Assembly (NCBI GenBank): GCA_035221665.1
Contig: CM069140.1
Coordinates: forward strand, 42,160,001 to 42,224,000
Length of the DNA: 64,000 bases
Reading direction: 5' to 3'
DNA from: Okamejei kenojei
Lineage: Eukaryota
Shown: positions 51,331 through 63,373 of the stretch, piece after piece
How positions within the stretch are numbered: position 1 is the first letter of the stretch
Layout: each line of letters begins with the position of its first letter
Notes under the pieces: generated by a model
Databases searched by the model: none
The model's input: the letters and a program-made list of their open reading frames with translations, nothing else
What the model was told of the DNA's origin: nothing
Translations under genes and position numbers: made by a program

Positions 51331-54300
51331 TATGACAGTTACTTAAAATCAAGATGGACATGTGATCCTATTGGCAGAAGCATCTAGATCCAAAATATAT
51401 AGAATGAAGGTGAAAGTCAAAAGAACTGGGAGTGACGTGAGGAAAAACCTTTTGTATATGACAGGCGGTTAAGATGTGAAATGCACTTCAAGGCAGAGTT
51501 ATGAATTTCAATTGTGATATTTGAAAGGGGACTGAATATGTACTTGAAATGTGAAAAGGTGAAATATCGGGCAATAGAAAAAGGGTGGGTGTTGGGACTA
51601 TTAGAATAGTTCTCGCAATGATCTGGTACAAACACAGGAAATGGATGACCTCTTTCCATGCTGTAATCTTGATGTTATTCTCTTAATACTGCAAAGCATA
51701 AATTGTAGATCTGAACCAATTGCTTACCTTGGATTGTGAGTCAAAAGATTGGATTAAAAATAACATTTCAATTAAGTCATGAGATGGGAAAAGGTGATTT
51801 TTTTCAAATAAAGAATTGAAAATGCAGAACACGTTTATAGAAAAAAACAATCCATTCAGTGTTGTCAGTTAATTACTAATTACAAATAAATTTGCAATAT
51901 GTAGGGATAGCAGTAGATCGAGAACATTGTAATCTTTAGCTGACGATGGTAGCACCCTCCATTAGTTCCATGTCAGTGGATAAGTAAATTCAAGAATAGC
52001 TGAGGTATAGGATGGATATTTCTTCCAAGGTTGATTATGTAAAGTGACCAGGGAGGTGTGGCGGACTTTGCCATGGTTGATTAAATAAGTGGATGGAGTT
52101 TACGATGTCAACGCAAATAGTTGTGATAAATTGTTTTATCTTGGCCCAAACATTCTTACCACCTCTAATGTAAGTACTTCCAGAAACATTCCTATTTCTA
52201 ATCCCCCTCACTTATTTATTTTAGGCCACTTTCTTAATGCTGACAAATTAGTAAGTAGAAAAGGGCGAAATTTGCAGGGAGTTCAAATGTATTTAATGTA
52301 AACCGTCAAAAGACTATACATGTAAATAACAAGAACAAAAACATATTTTCACGTGTAACAGGGTTCCAATATATGTAGTGGAATATTTTCAATTAAAACT
52401 GGACACCCAAACTATAACTTGTGACTAGAGAAAATGAGCAAAGTTAGGCTGTAGAGGTAGTTGGATGATAAAAGGTAAGAAGGGGTTTATGTAGAGCATA
52501 AATAAATGTCTGCTGGAATCTGTAGTGCTATAAAGACTTGGAAATTATGAGTTTGTTGCATTCTTCCCCCATGTTCTCTCTGGCTTTAGTAAGAACATTT
52601 GGTCTGTTTACTCGATAGGTGGAAAGTTAGCTTAAATGTTTTAACATTTTAACTTCAATTATGAGAAATGAAGTTGTACAACAGTGTTTGACGGACATTC
52701 TAAATATTTATATCAATTATATTCTTGTTTTTAAAAATATGAACATTTCTAGTATTATAATTGAGTGGAATGCTAGAAATGCACAGTGAATAAACTGTCT
52801 GGACCATTCTCTTAAAAATTATGTCTGTTGTTTCGCAAAAATCTATCAGAATTGATTGCTTGCTCACTAGAAACCATCTGACCCTCACTCCATTGGTGTG
52901 GTTTGACCAAAGCAAGAAGAATTCAAATCAACCTTGGATTTGGAACAGTTGGAGGCCATGTGCATCAGATATGTTCTCACGTTTTATTATGCAGCCACAA
53001 TGTAAAACCTTGTATGCGAGGGAGTTAGAAATTTGCATTTGTTTTTAAGTCTGCAGCTGATAAGCATTAAATTGACACTAATAACCAACACAGAGTCATT
53101 TGTTACGACATTGAGTGGAGACTACCAGCACATGACCTTGCAGTTGCTTTGGTTTGGAAGTGTGTAGAGATTTGCAATTAGCGGCAATAAATGCTTGAGG
53201 CAAATTTCCTGTTTGCAGCATAAAACGCAAGCATAATACATCCTTCCAACCTGTAATTGACAATGCTGTGTACACAACCTGAAAATCCAAAGCAAACTCT
53301 GTTGATTCGAGATCACCCTCCCATGAACTGAACGTGACCTCTATAAGGGATGTGTGAACAGGATATGAACTTTTGAATAATGTAAATCTGATGTCTTGGT
53401 TCGCATCTAACTATGCCGGCCGTGTGTAAGCCTGTCACATTCACTATTGATACAAGTGTCAACAAAGTGTGATGGTCCAGACAGCACCTTGCACCACATT
53501 CGGATAAACTGCCCCTGGAGTTCATAGCAACTCAGCTGATCTTGAACTGAATTTATTCCTAAAGGGTTAATTGTTTATACTCAAACGTCTGCCCACATAC
53601 TGTAGGCTACATAACCGTTTGCAAGCGAAGAAAGTGTTGCAGCAAAAATAGACTACAAGTTTGTTGGTTAGCTATTAACTGTGACAAGGCTTCTTGTTAG
53701 AGAGATTAACCACTAATAACAGGGTGGGAGCACCTTGTGACTGGTTGCTAAATCATTCAATAGCAAAAGCCTGTTGGAGACTCGCAAATCAATGCAGATC
53801 GTTTATCTGCCAGTTGCCCTGGCTGGGCTACTTTCTCTTGCTCCTTGTTTCACTGTTGTGTCTGGCAGTTCTTTTGGCTGTTTGAACCTCGGCTAGAGGA
53901 AAATATTTGCACATAAAGATGTAAATTGCTTGACCGGTCAGGTCTGTGTTGGGTGTTTGTGGGTTTGAGCCAAGGTAGATGTGTCCTTTTATTTATTTTT
54001 TAAATCTCATGAGTACTGATGGTTTCATATAACCGACAACATTCAAGCCTCTTGGGCTTTAAATGGCAGACAGTCAAAGTGATTCAAATTCACTGTTGCT
54101 GTTTTTTTTTTGTTGAAGTACAGTAATTTTTTGTAACGTCAGTGTGCTCTGTGTCTTTCACCTACTCCTTTCAACTGAGGCAGATTTTGGAACCTTGTCA
54201 GCACTCATTTCTCTGTGCTGTGTTGTAATTTGAGTTCTGAGAAAATCTGGTTTTACTCAGGTCTGCTATATTTCCTCCTCCCCTCCCCGAGTCTGCTTTT

Positions 54301-55915
54301 TGTTTTTGGAACAAGGTTCAAAAAGGGTCTTTAGGCTCATTTTATCCATTTTACCGAACGACTAGGCCGCCATTTTAAGTCCCCAGTACAGAATACAGCT
54401 TGCAGCTCCTTACATGGCGGCTGTACTTAGCTGAAAACCTAACCAATTGGGTGGACTTTGTCAGGTCATGTGATATGCCACGAATGCACTTGCAGCCGTT
54501 ACCTAGTCCCCAGCATATTTTTCTTCTCTCTTCCTCTCAGATACTTTGCTGTGTTTTTGATGCCAAATTTCTCAAGTTATATGTGTCTAGCTAGATTGGC
54601 AGTTGTCCACAGGTTATTTTAAGAAGGCAAAATAACTGTCTCGTAAGAGTCCTTCTGCTGTGCGCATTCTTCATGTAAAATGGATTTCCCTTGCTGGCCC
54701 CTGTCCAAGAGTGCAGAGTGCTCGCTGGGTGAGATGAGAGCTTCACTGTTGAAAACTAGTGGAATGACGCAAACTAATTTCTGGCTTCCAACCAACAAAG
54801 GGAGATTAGTGCCAGAATTCAACAAAATAACAAATTATTATGTAATCAAAAGTTGATCTGAATGATAGTTTTCGTTGCTGCAGCCTGACAGTTGCTGAGC
54901 AGCTTAGCTGGACTTAATAGATCCCGAGTTAGATGCTGGATTGGGAGTGAGATGTGAGCGTTTTGCAGTCACGATCTGCTCATATTGGATTTGTTAAAGA
55001 CAGATTGCCATATCTGAGCTTTTCAGATTGCTGTGGTGTTGGTTGCAGTCTAGAGCAGCCAGTACTAATCTGCAGTTCCCTTTTAAGAGATTTTTCGGGG
55101 CGGGAGAGAAGTGAAGTGCTGAAACAGAAAGAGAGATGAAGATACTGAAATACATAAAATGCTTGGGCTACTATATGTAAAAAAGCAATTAGGGAGCTTA
55201 AGACCTGCTTCTGTAAAAGTGTAGTAATTATTCTCTCTCCTGTTATATAGCTTATAAGACTGTAACCCTTTATATAGTGCTGTATCTATTTCAAGTCTTT
55301 TTTAGAAATGTCTTAACTCTTTGAGCACTGAAATCATTTTTCTGTATGTAAAGAAAGCAAATCACTTTTTAAGCAGCTAGTTCCCTCTAGGAGAGCCCAT
55401 GAGAAAGTGTGCTCACGAATCCTATTCCTCTTCCACAGCTGTTATTACTTACTACACAATTTGACCCAGAAGTTTTAGGGGAGGATACAAAGTTAATATT
55501 CATCTGTACTTACTCGTATCATCTTGCCTTGTCCTCAAAGGAGATGGGGCTAATATTCATGCAGATCGGTAGGCCAACAGCAACACTGAACACACTGTCA
55601 GCCCTGTATCATGACCGAGCCATTTTCATAGCCTAGTCAACTTTACATATGACTAGCGAGATGCCAGCACTCGAGGATTCAGCCGGGCAGCTGGCCGATA
55701 TGGGTGTAGGGGAAATCCATCAGATTAGCCAGAAATCTTTGTTTAAAGGGAGGAAGGAAGTGATTCCAGGAAAAGGGGATGGAAATGGTACAGAAGAGCT
55801 GGAGTGAGACCAGATTTTTAAGATTCCGAAAGGAATATTCATCTTTTCCTGACCATACACAAGTAATTTGAAAACTTGCCTGAAATGTGTGCTGAGCCAT
55901 CATCTCATTGAGGAG

Positions 55916-56100
55916 ATAGACACAAAATGCTGGAGTAACTCAGCAGGACAGGCAGCATCTCTGGAGAGAAGGAATAGGTGACGTTTCGGGTCAAGACCTT
56001 TTGCTCAGACTGAGTCTCAACTCAGTCCCGCTGAGTTACAGTACTCCAGCATTTTGTGTCTATCTTCAATTTAAACCAGCATCTGCAGTTCTTTCTTACA
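55916..56100. mobile_element. Inverted pair of Penelope pLTRs with TSD
   Basis: Minus pLTR at 55916-56012 then plus pLTR at about 56025-56100; flanks catctcattgaggag (55901-55915) and catcacattgaggag (56101-56115). Confidence 0.85.
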
Positions 56101-56308
56101 CATCACATTGAGGAGCACTGATTAGGCTGCTTGATAACCTGCACCAATGGGCTAATCCTATTGCGCACATTCTGTCCGCCAGTTCCTAGAAATTGAGCTG
56201 AGGAGCTAAGTTATTGTATAAGCCCCATTTAAGTGGGGTAGAATTTGTCATCTCTGTTTCAATGCTCTGTTGGTTCAGGGAGGATGTTGTTAAGCAGGAA
56301 AGAGTGCA

Positions 56309-56618
56309 GGGGTGGCACGGTGGCACAGCGGTGGAGTTGCTGCCTTACAGGGTCAGAGATCTGGGTTCGATTCTGACTTCGGGTACTGTCTGTATGGAGT
56401 TTGTACATTCTTCCCGTGACTGGCGTTGGTTTACTCCAGGATCTCCAGTTTCCTCCTACACTCCATACATACAGATTTGTAGGTTATTGGGCTTGGTTTA
56501 AATGTAAATTGTCCCTAGTATGTGTAGGATAGTGTTAGTGTGTGGTGATCACTGGACGGTGTGGACGCGGTGGGCCAAAGGGCCTGTTTCTGCACTGTAT
56601 ATCTGAAGTAAACTAAAA
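56309..56618 (+). mobile_element. HE1-type V-SINE, full length
   Basis: tggcacagcgg A box, ggttcgattc B box, V domain, gggcctgtttc 3' end and taaac tail. Confidence 0.88.
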
Positions 56619-56728
56619 TAAAGATGATTTACAAGGATGTTGCCAGGATGAAGGCCTGAGCTATAGGGAGAGGTTGGGCAGGCTAGGACATTATTCCTTG
56701 GTGCGCAGGAGGATGAAGGATGATCTTA

Positions 56729-58331
56729 CAGTGCCCTCCATAATGTATGGGACAAAGACCCGTTATTTATTTATTTGCCTCAGTACTTCACAATTTGAGA
56801 TTTGTATCAGAAAAAATCACATGTGGTTAAAGTGCACACTGTCAGATTTTATTAAAGGACCATTTTTATACATTTTGGTTTCACCACGTAGAAATTACAG
56901 CTGTCTTTCTACATAGTCCCCCCATTTCAGGGCACCATAATGTTTGGGACACATGGCTTCATAGGTGTTTGTAATTGCTCAGGTGTGATTAATTGCCTCC
57001 TTAACGCAGGTACAAGAGACCTAGCCTCAGCACTTAGTCTTTCCTCCAGTCTTTCCATCACCTTTGGAAACTTTCATTGCTGTTTATCAGCATGAGGACC
57101 AAAGTTGTGCCAATGAAAGTCAAAGAAGCCATTATGAGACTGAGAAACAAGAATAAAACTATTAAGAGACACCAGCCAAACCTTAGGCTTACCAAAATCA
57201 ACTATTTAGAACTTCATTAAGAACAAAGAGAACACTGGGGAGTTTACTAATCGCAAAGGGACTGGCAGGCCAAGGAAGACCTCCACAGCTGATGACAGAA
57301 GAATTCTCTCTATCATAAAGAAAAATCCCCAAACACCTGTCCGACAGATCTGAAACACTCTTCAGGAGTCAGGTGTGGTTTTGTCAATGACCACTATCTG
57401 CAGAAGACTTCGTGAAGAGAAATACAGAGGTTACACTGCAAGATGCAAATCACTGGTTAGCCGCAAAAATAGGATGGCCAGGTTACAGTTTGTTAAGAAG
57501 TACTTAAAAGAGCAGCCACAGTTCTGGAAAAAGGGCTTGTGGACAAATGGGACGAAGAATAACTTATATCAGAGTGATGACAAGAGCAAAGTATGGAGAA
57601 GAGAAAGAACTACCCAAGATCCAAAGCATACCACCTCATCTGTGAAACGTGGTAGTGGGGGTGTTTTGGCCTGAGCATGTAGGGCCGCTGAAGGTACTGG
57701 CTCACTTATCTTCATTGATGATACAACTGCTGATGTTAGTAGCATAATGATTCTGATGTGTATAGACTCATCTTATCTGCTCAAGTTCAAACAAATGCCT
57801 CAAAACCCGTTGACCGGCGGTTTATTCTACATTAAGACAATGATCCCAAACATACTGCTAAAGCAAAAAATGGTAAATTCTTGAGTGGCCAAGTCAATCA
57901 CCCGCTGAACCCAATTGAACATGCCTTTTATATGCTGAAGAGAAAATTGAAGGTGACTAGCCCCCAAAGCAAGCGTAAGGTAAAGATGGCTGCAATACAG
58001 GCCTGGCAGAGCATCACCAGAGAAGACACCCAGCAACTGGTGATGTCCATGAATCACAGACTTCAAGCAGTCATTGCATGCAAAGGAAATGCAACAAAAT
58101 ACTAAACATGACTACTTTCATTTACATGACATTGCTGTGTCCCAAACATTATGGTGCCCTGAAATGGGGGGACTATGTATAAACATTGCTATAAAATGGC
58201 CTTTATTAAAATCTGACAATGTGCACTTTGACCCCATGTGATTTTTTTTCTATTACAAATCTCAAATTATGGAGTACGGAGGTAAATAAATAAATGATGG
58301 GTCTTTGTCTCAAACATTATGTAGAGCACTG
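56729..58331 (+). mobile_element. Tc1 DNA transposon, IR/DR type, full length (1603 bp)
   Basis: TA TSD at 56727-56728 and 58332-58333. TIRs of about 200-225 bp (56729-56952, 58137-58331) begin CAGTGC, each with outer and inner CCATAATGT(A/T)TGGGACA direct repeats. Confidence 0.95.
57092..58105 (+). pseudogene. Inactivated Tc1 transposase
   Basis: MRTKVVPMKVKEAIMRL..., GRPRKT AT-hook, WTNGTK (mutated WTDETK), DNDPKH, LNPIEH, LVMSMNHRLQAVIACKGNATKY*. Has frameshifts, a stop at 57351-57353 and a deletion between the second D and the E. Confidence 0.92.
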
Positions 58332-58444
58332 TATAAGAATCTAATGAATAAGATGAATACAGTTTTTTTTCTCCCGAGTAGGTGAGTCTAGAATCAAACA
58401 ACATAGGTTTAAGGTGGGAGGGGAAAGATTTGAAAGGAACCTGG

Positions 58445-58565
58445 AGTCATAGAATGATACAGTCTAGAAACAGGTCCTTCAGCCCAACACTCACACCGGC
58501 CAACATGTCCCAGCTACACGCGTCCCACCTGCCAGCATTTTAACATATCCCTCCAAACCTGTCCA
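58445..58565 (-). mobile_element. CR1 LINE 3' tail
   Basis: agtcatagaatgatacag...gaaacagg.ccttcagcccaac...cacaccggccaacatgtcccagctacac is the reverse of a CR1 3' UTR. Confidence 0.7.
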
Positions 58566-58826
58566 GTGGTCCATTGTTGGCTGTGGAAGAGGTAATAATG
58601 AAGGGATAAACAGTGAAACTAGCAAGAAGACTAGGGTGGGGGGAAGGATGGAGTGAGAGGGTATGCAAGGGTTACTTGAAATTAGGGGAATCAAAATTCA
58701 TACCACTGGGTTGTAAGCTACCCAAGCAAAATATAAGATGCTGTTCTTCCAATATTTGTGTTGCCTCACTCTGAAGGTGGAGGAAGCCCAAGACAGAAAG
58801 GTCAGTATGAGAATTGGAAGGGGAAG
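58566..58826 (-). mobile_element. Penelope fragment (GIY-YIG C-terminus and 3' UTR)
   Basis: Collinear with 16300-16480 and 41640-41795 (…LEEQHLIFCLGSLQPSGMNFDSPNFK*). A short pLTR piece follows at 58906-58940. Confidence 0.78.
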
Positions 58827-60642
58827 TTTACGGTAACGGACATGGCCTTATCATTCTGTGTAGAAAGATATTTCTGTACTGTATGCAGAATACAGAAAGC
58901 CAGTAGATAGACACAAAATGCTGGAGTAACTCAGTGGGTCCCCTTACAACCCTGATCCCCTTACAATCCTAATTCCCTGGCAAGTACATGCTGTTCCCTC
59001 CTGATGACCTCCTCCCCACCTTCCACCACTAACTACCATAATTTATTTCTGGTTCTCCCCTCTCTCAAGCACCAATGTTTGTTTCCTCTGACTGTTACCC
59101 CTGTTCCAAAAGCTTGGCTCTGTCACACCTTCATCTCCAACACCATCCTTATCATATTGTTGTCAATGCAAGTTTTCATGGAATTCCAGTGATCAAAACA
59201 GTCATTCTCATCCTCCTGCACAGCTCTATCAGAATTTCTACACGTTGATGCCTTTGGTGATGCACTCCCTACAAGATAAATTACTGAATGAAACTATAAA
59301 ACAAGCATAGTTCCATAAATGTTTTACAATAATACAAATCTTTCAATAATGTGATTTGGATATGCTTCTTTGGATTATGAGAGCACTTAAAATGTAGGTC
59401 TTACCAAGGTTCATATCACAAGAGGATTTAGGCAGATTGAGACAACCCGCGTACAGGTTGGTTGTATAAGAGAGTAGTCTTTTTTAGTTTTGCGTCCAAA
59501 TAATTCATAGCGTCTCAGGTTAATTGAACAAAAAAATGAATGACTACAATTACAGGGTTACAAAAATGACTTCATAACATTCTTGAAACTATTGGTCACA
59601 GTAACAAAATCTCCAGAGAAGATTTCAAAAGATTATTTGTTTTGATCCCTCCATACCCATATATAATCTAAACCTTAAATTTTACATGGACTGGATGGTG
59701 GTGGATACGTTTTCTACTATCAGGCCAAATTAGAAAATTGAGATGGTGTTTTAGGAGGGATTTATTTTTACTTATTTTGGCAAGTGTAACGCTGTTGCTT
59801 AAATGAAACTCACGAAGGTTTATATTTTCCACCAATTATTTTATAAAATGTCAAAATTAGACAAGTGAAAATTATTCTCCTCATGAAAGTCGCTTGCACC
59901 TTTAGTTTAATATAAATAAATAAAGCAGACAGTGATGCAAGATCGCAACAACAATGGAGGTTTAAGTGCAACAGTTACCTCATCCTGAGAGGTATTTTAG
60001 GCTTTATGATCCTTCTAATATAAATCTAATGGCATCCTGCAAATTAAATTCAAGAATCTCATAAAGCGGCAGTAATGCTCCTTTGGCTTTCAAAAGCTGA
60101 ACTGCCTCAGCACTTATAGGAAGTTTGATGCTGCATGTGGCTTTTTAATATTTGGCTTTCAAAATCTATGAATATTTTGAATTATATAATGATCTTGATC
60201 TGAATATTTATTTGTGATGAATGGTTGATTGATCTCAGAGGATTTCAAAATAGACGTTTCTTTAAAAACCTTGAAATTGTTATTTTTTTTAAAATTGCAA
60301 TCTGCTGTGTAATTTTCTTCAAGAATCACCTAAGTTATCTGGCAAATGAAACTATTTGTTTCTGAAGCTCATTTATTGACATGTTGTAATTTTGTAGTAA
60401 GTTTCTGCTGATGAAAAAATGTTGCTCAAATACAAGTAATTTTATTCTTTGCAATCTGGGTTTCAGAGTTATATATTTTTTGCAGTACTGAAAACAAATA
60501 ACCAAGTGAATTGCTTTTGACAATCAACCATATTTAAAAATGCAGGGAACCCAGATATGTTCATGGAAAGTGAGAGGTGTGTAAGAAGAAAGCGGGCCAT
60601 GTATAGCAGGCACTTTCTGTACAATCTCTTTTGAAAGGGTAA

Positions 60643-61337
60643 AGGCCCTGTCCCACTTATGTGTCCTTGACACGCAAAATACGCGACCTCGTCGTCGCGT
60701 TAAGGCGCATGGGCATCGTGTGGCCGTGTGGGGCAGGTCCCACTGAGAAGCGCGGAGGGGTATGTAGTTGTGCATGGTATCGCGCGGCACTCCAAAATTT
60801 TGTACCGAACAAAATCTTCGCGCGCCAACAGCCTGTCGCGTAACTGACGGCCAAAGTGGGACAGGCCCAAGACCCTGGTGTGATGCAACGTCTCACCTCC
60901 AACAGCAGCAGAAGCATGCAAACGATTGTTGAGCTCGGCCTGGGGCTCACGGCCGTTGCGGTCCGATTCCGCCCCCACTTCTATTCCCAGAGCGGGTCCA
61001 AGAAAATTGACGATAGACACAAAATGCAAGAGTAACTCAGCGGGACCGGCAGCATCTCTGGAGAGAAGGAATGGGTGACGTTTTGGGTCAAGACCCTTCT
61101 TTCAGTCTGAAGAAGAGTATCGACCCATAACATCACCCATTGCTTCTCTCCAGAGACGCTGCCGGTCCCGCTGTGTTACTCCTGCACTTTGTGTCCATCT
61201 TCAAATGATGTCACACGCTCCAGACGGCTGTGCGGACGCATAAATTCGTGTGCAACCTTCGCGAGACCGTCACGCCTCAACGCGACTACGAGGTTGCGTA
61301 ATTAGCGTGCCAAGGACACGTAAGTGGGACAGGGGCT
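60643..61337. mobile_element. Harbinger-type MITE with ~65-bp TIRs, containing a pLTR hairpin
   Basis: Left aggccctgtcccacttatgtgtccttgacacgcaaaatacgcgacctcgtcgtcgcgttaaggcg pairs with right cgcctcaacgcgactacgaggttgcgtaattagcgtgccaaggacacgtaagtgggacaggggct. Flanks TAA / TCA. Extra internal terminus copy at 60856-60868. Confidence 0.88.
61007..61204. repeat. Inverted repeat of two head-to-head Penelope pLTRs
   Basis: 61007-61104 and 61103-61204 are near reverse complements; each arm has a hammerhead-like motif next to the centre. Confidence 0.9.
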
Positions 61338-62615
61338 TCAGAGACAATGTGGAGTCCTTGCTGTCTGAACACCAAACTACTATCTTACAAACAAAAATGC
61401 TGCTCATTGATAAAACGCAACCAAGCTTGTCAAAAGTTGTTTTTTGTAAGTAATAATCAAATCCAAACATTGAGATATGAAGAGGATTGGAAGAACCAGG
61501 AAGATGACATTGAAGCAAAATGATTGGCAGCGTTAGAACAATAATAACTGGTTTAATGAAGAACATAAATGAACTGCAATCCTCATAGCCTGTCAAAGTT
61601 AACCTTGGTAAACTTACTTTCTTTCAGTCGATTGAAAACTTAAGTTGCACAACCCTCAATCTGAACTGCATTCACATACTTCATTAAATGAATACAATGT
61701 GCTTTGTTAATCTGGCTGTGGCAATACCTACATCACACCTCTATTTATCCACATAATCCATGCTTCTTAGTGTTTTCTTTTTGACACATGCTTATTATTT
61801 TTGTTTGTATATAGTTTTTGTATGGCTTGTATTGGTAGACCAGATTCATGAATGGGATGTTGGCATACTGCAACTTTCTTTCAGTAATGTTTTAGAAAAA
61901 GTGTTTTTTTTGTGAAATATATAATTGACAGTTACTAATATCTGGTTGTGGATACTGAAACTGGGAACACCCCCTTGCTGCAGTCTTCACTGGCTGCGTG
62001 CCACCGCTGCACTTCAGTTAACTTTTTATTTTTTATGGGAGAGTAACACAATGCTTTCATGTCAGTTCAGTTCTGTGGTTGTGGAAAACCACAAGTTGCA
62101 GTTGATGTCAGAAATTAAGCACAGCCCTAAAGCTGAGGTTACATGGAGGACCTTGTTGTAGGCACCTAACAACTTATAATTATGTCAATGTCCTGGGTTT
62201 GAACCTAGAATTCTGTGTCTGAGATTTATATTTATGAGAAGATTAGAAAGTTGTTGGGACAGCTGATGAAGATTAGATGGTTTCTTAAAAATTCTACCCT
62301 TCAATTTTATTTCAAGGAATGAAAAATTCTATCATAATAATTTCTGGTTTATAAGAAAATAAAATTTTCCATTCTCCCCATTTTTAATAATTGAAAATCA
62401 AATCACTGCACATTTGAAATACAGATTAAAAATGCAAGAAACATTCAACAGTAGCAAGGAAAATAGAGTTGTTGTTTCTCTTTCCACATATGCTGTATGG
62501 CCTGCTGAGTATTTCTGGCATTTTTGGTCTTTAGCCACCATTTTTAGTGCCCGATGAAACAAGAAATGTGGTGACCATAACCAACAAATTGGGTCTATAG
62601 GTAATTTATCTCTTA

Positions 62616-63373
62616 AGGGCCTGTCCCACTAATGCGACTTTTCAGCGACTGTCTTCGACCTTCAAGCTCGAGGGCACTCGCCTGAAAAACCTCGAGCTGG
62701 ATCGACCGCCAGCGATGAAACAGCGAGCCGCATCGACCGCCTGCCCTCGCGCTACAATGGCCGAGCAGTTTGCACGGAGACAGATACACACACGCACACG
62801 CACACGCACACACTCTGCAAAGGCGGGGGCCAGGGAAAGCGGGTGAGCGCTGTCTGAAATTCACACCCGCGATGAACAGGAAGGTAAAAGACGGCTGGCG
62901 CAGTAACGGTAAGTCCTTTAGAGAGCGCGGGGTGGGGGGGGGGGGGAAAGAAGGAGTGGAGTCACTTTTAAGAAGCCAGACAACATTTAATAAAGTTTAA
63001 CAGGCATTTAACATTACTGATTGGTTTACTTTCCTTTTTTTTCCTCAACGAGCTTTACCTTCGACTACCATCGATTAATTTTGATTACCTACAATATCAT
63101 TACGACCTACTATGACCTACCTCGACTAAGCCTACAAGTAAAAAGATATCGAATATTTTCCATGGCGACCTTTTTTTACTCACGGGCATTTTTCAGCATG
63201 TTGAAAAAAACGCCGCGACCTAGCTGAGGCCTCGAGTACGCGGGGACTACTCTCGAGCATGAAGGAGAGTTACAAAGACCTCCGAGGACCTCGTGTTGAC
63301 CATGCTGCGAGTATGAGTCGAGGGCAAACTGTTCGAAACTCGCGAATTTGGTCGCCACAGTGGGACAGGCCCT
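62616..63373 (+). mobile_element. PIF/Harbinger-type MITE (758 bp)
   Basis: TTA TSD at 62613-62615 and 63374-63376; termini AGGGCCTGTCCCACT / AGTGGGACAGGCCCT. Centre shared with 29522-29730; 63060-63181 shared with 18760-18862. Confidence 0.92.

Larger units (their letters stand above)
56620..58444 (+). mobile_element. CR1 3' fragment split by the Tc1 insertion
   Basis: FTRMLPG..GLSYRERLGRLGHYSL.RRRMKDDL up to 56728; resumes after 58333 with tctagaatc...cataggtttaaggtgggaggggaaagattt. Confidence 0.75.

Noticed and set aside
53473-53500. REST/RE1 site
   Set aside because: Only partial half-sites (AGACAGCACC), with too many mismatches.
54680-54856. 58-codon ATG ORF (MDFPCWPLSK...)
   Set aside because: Length is within chance expectation and there is no recognisable homology.
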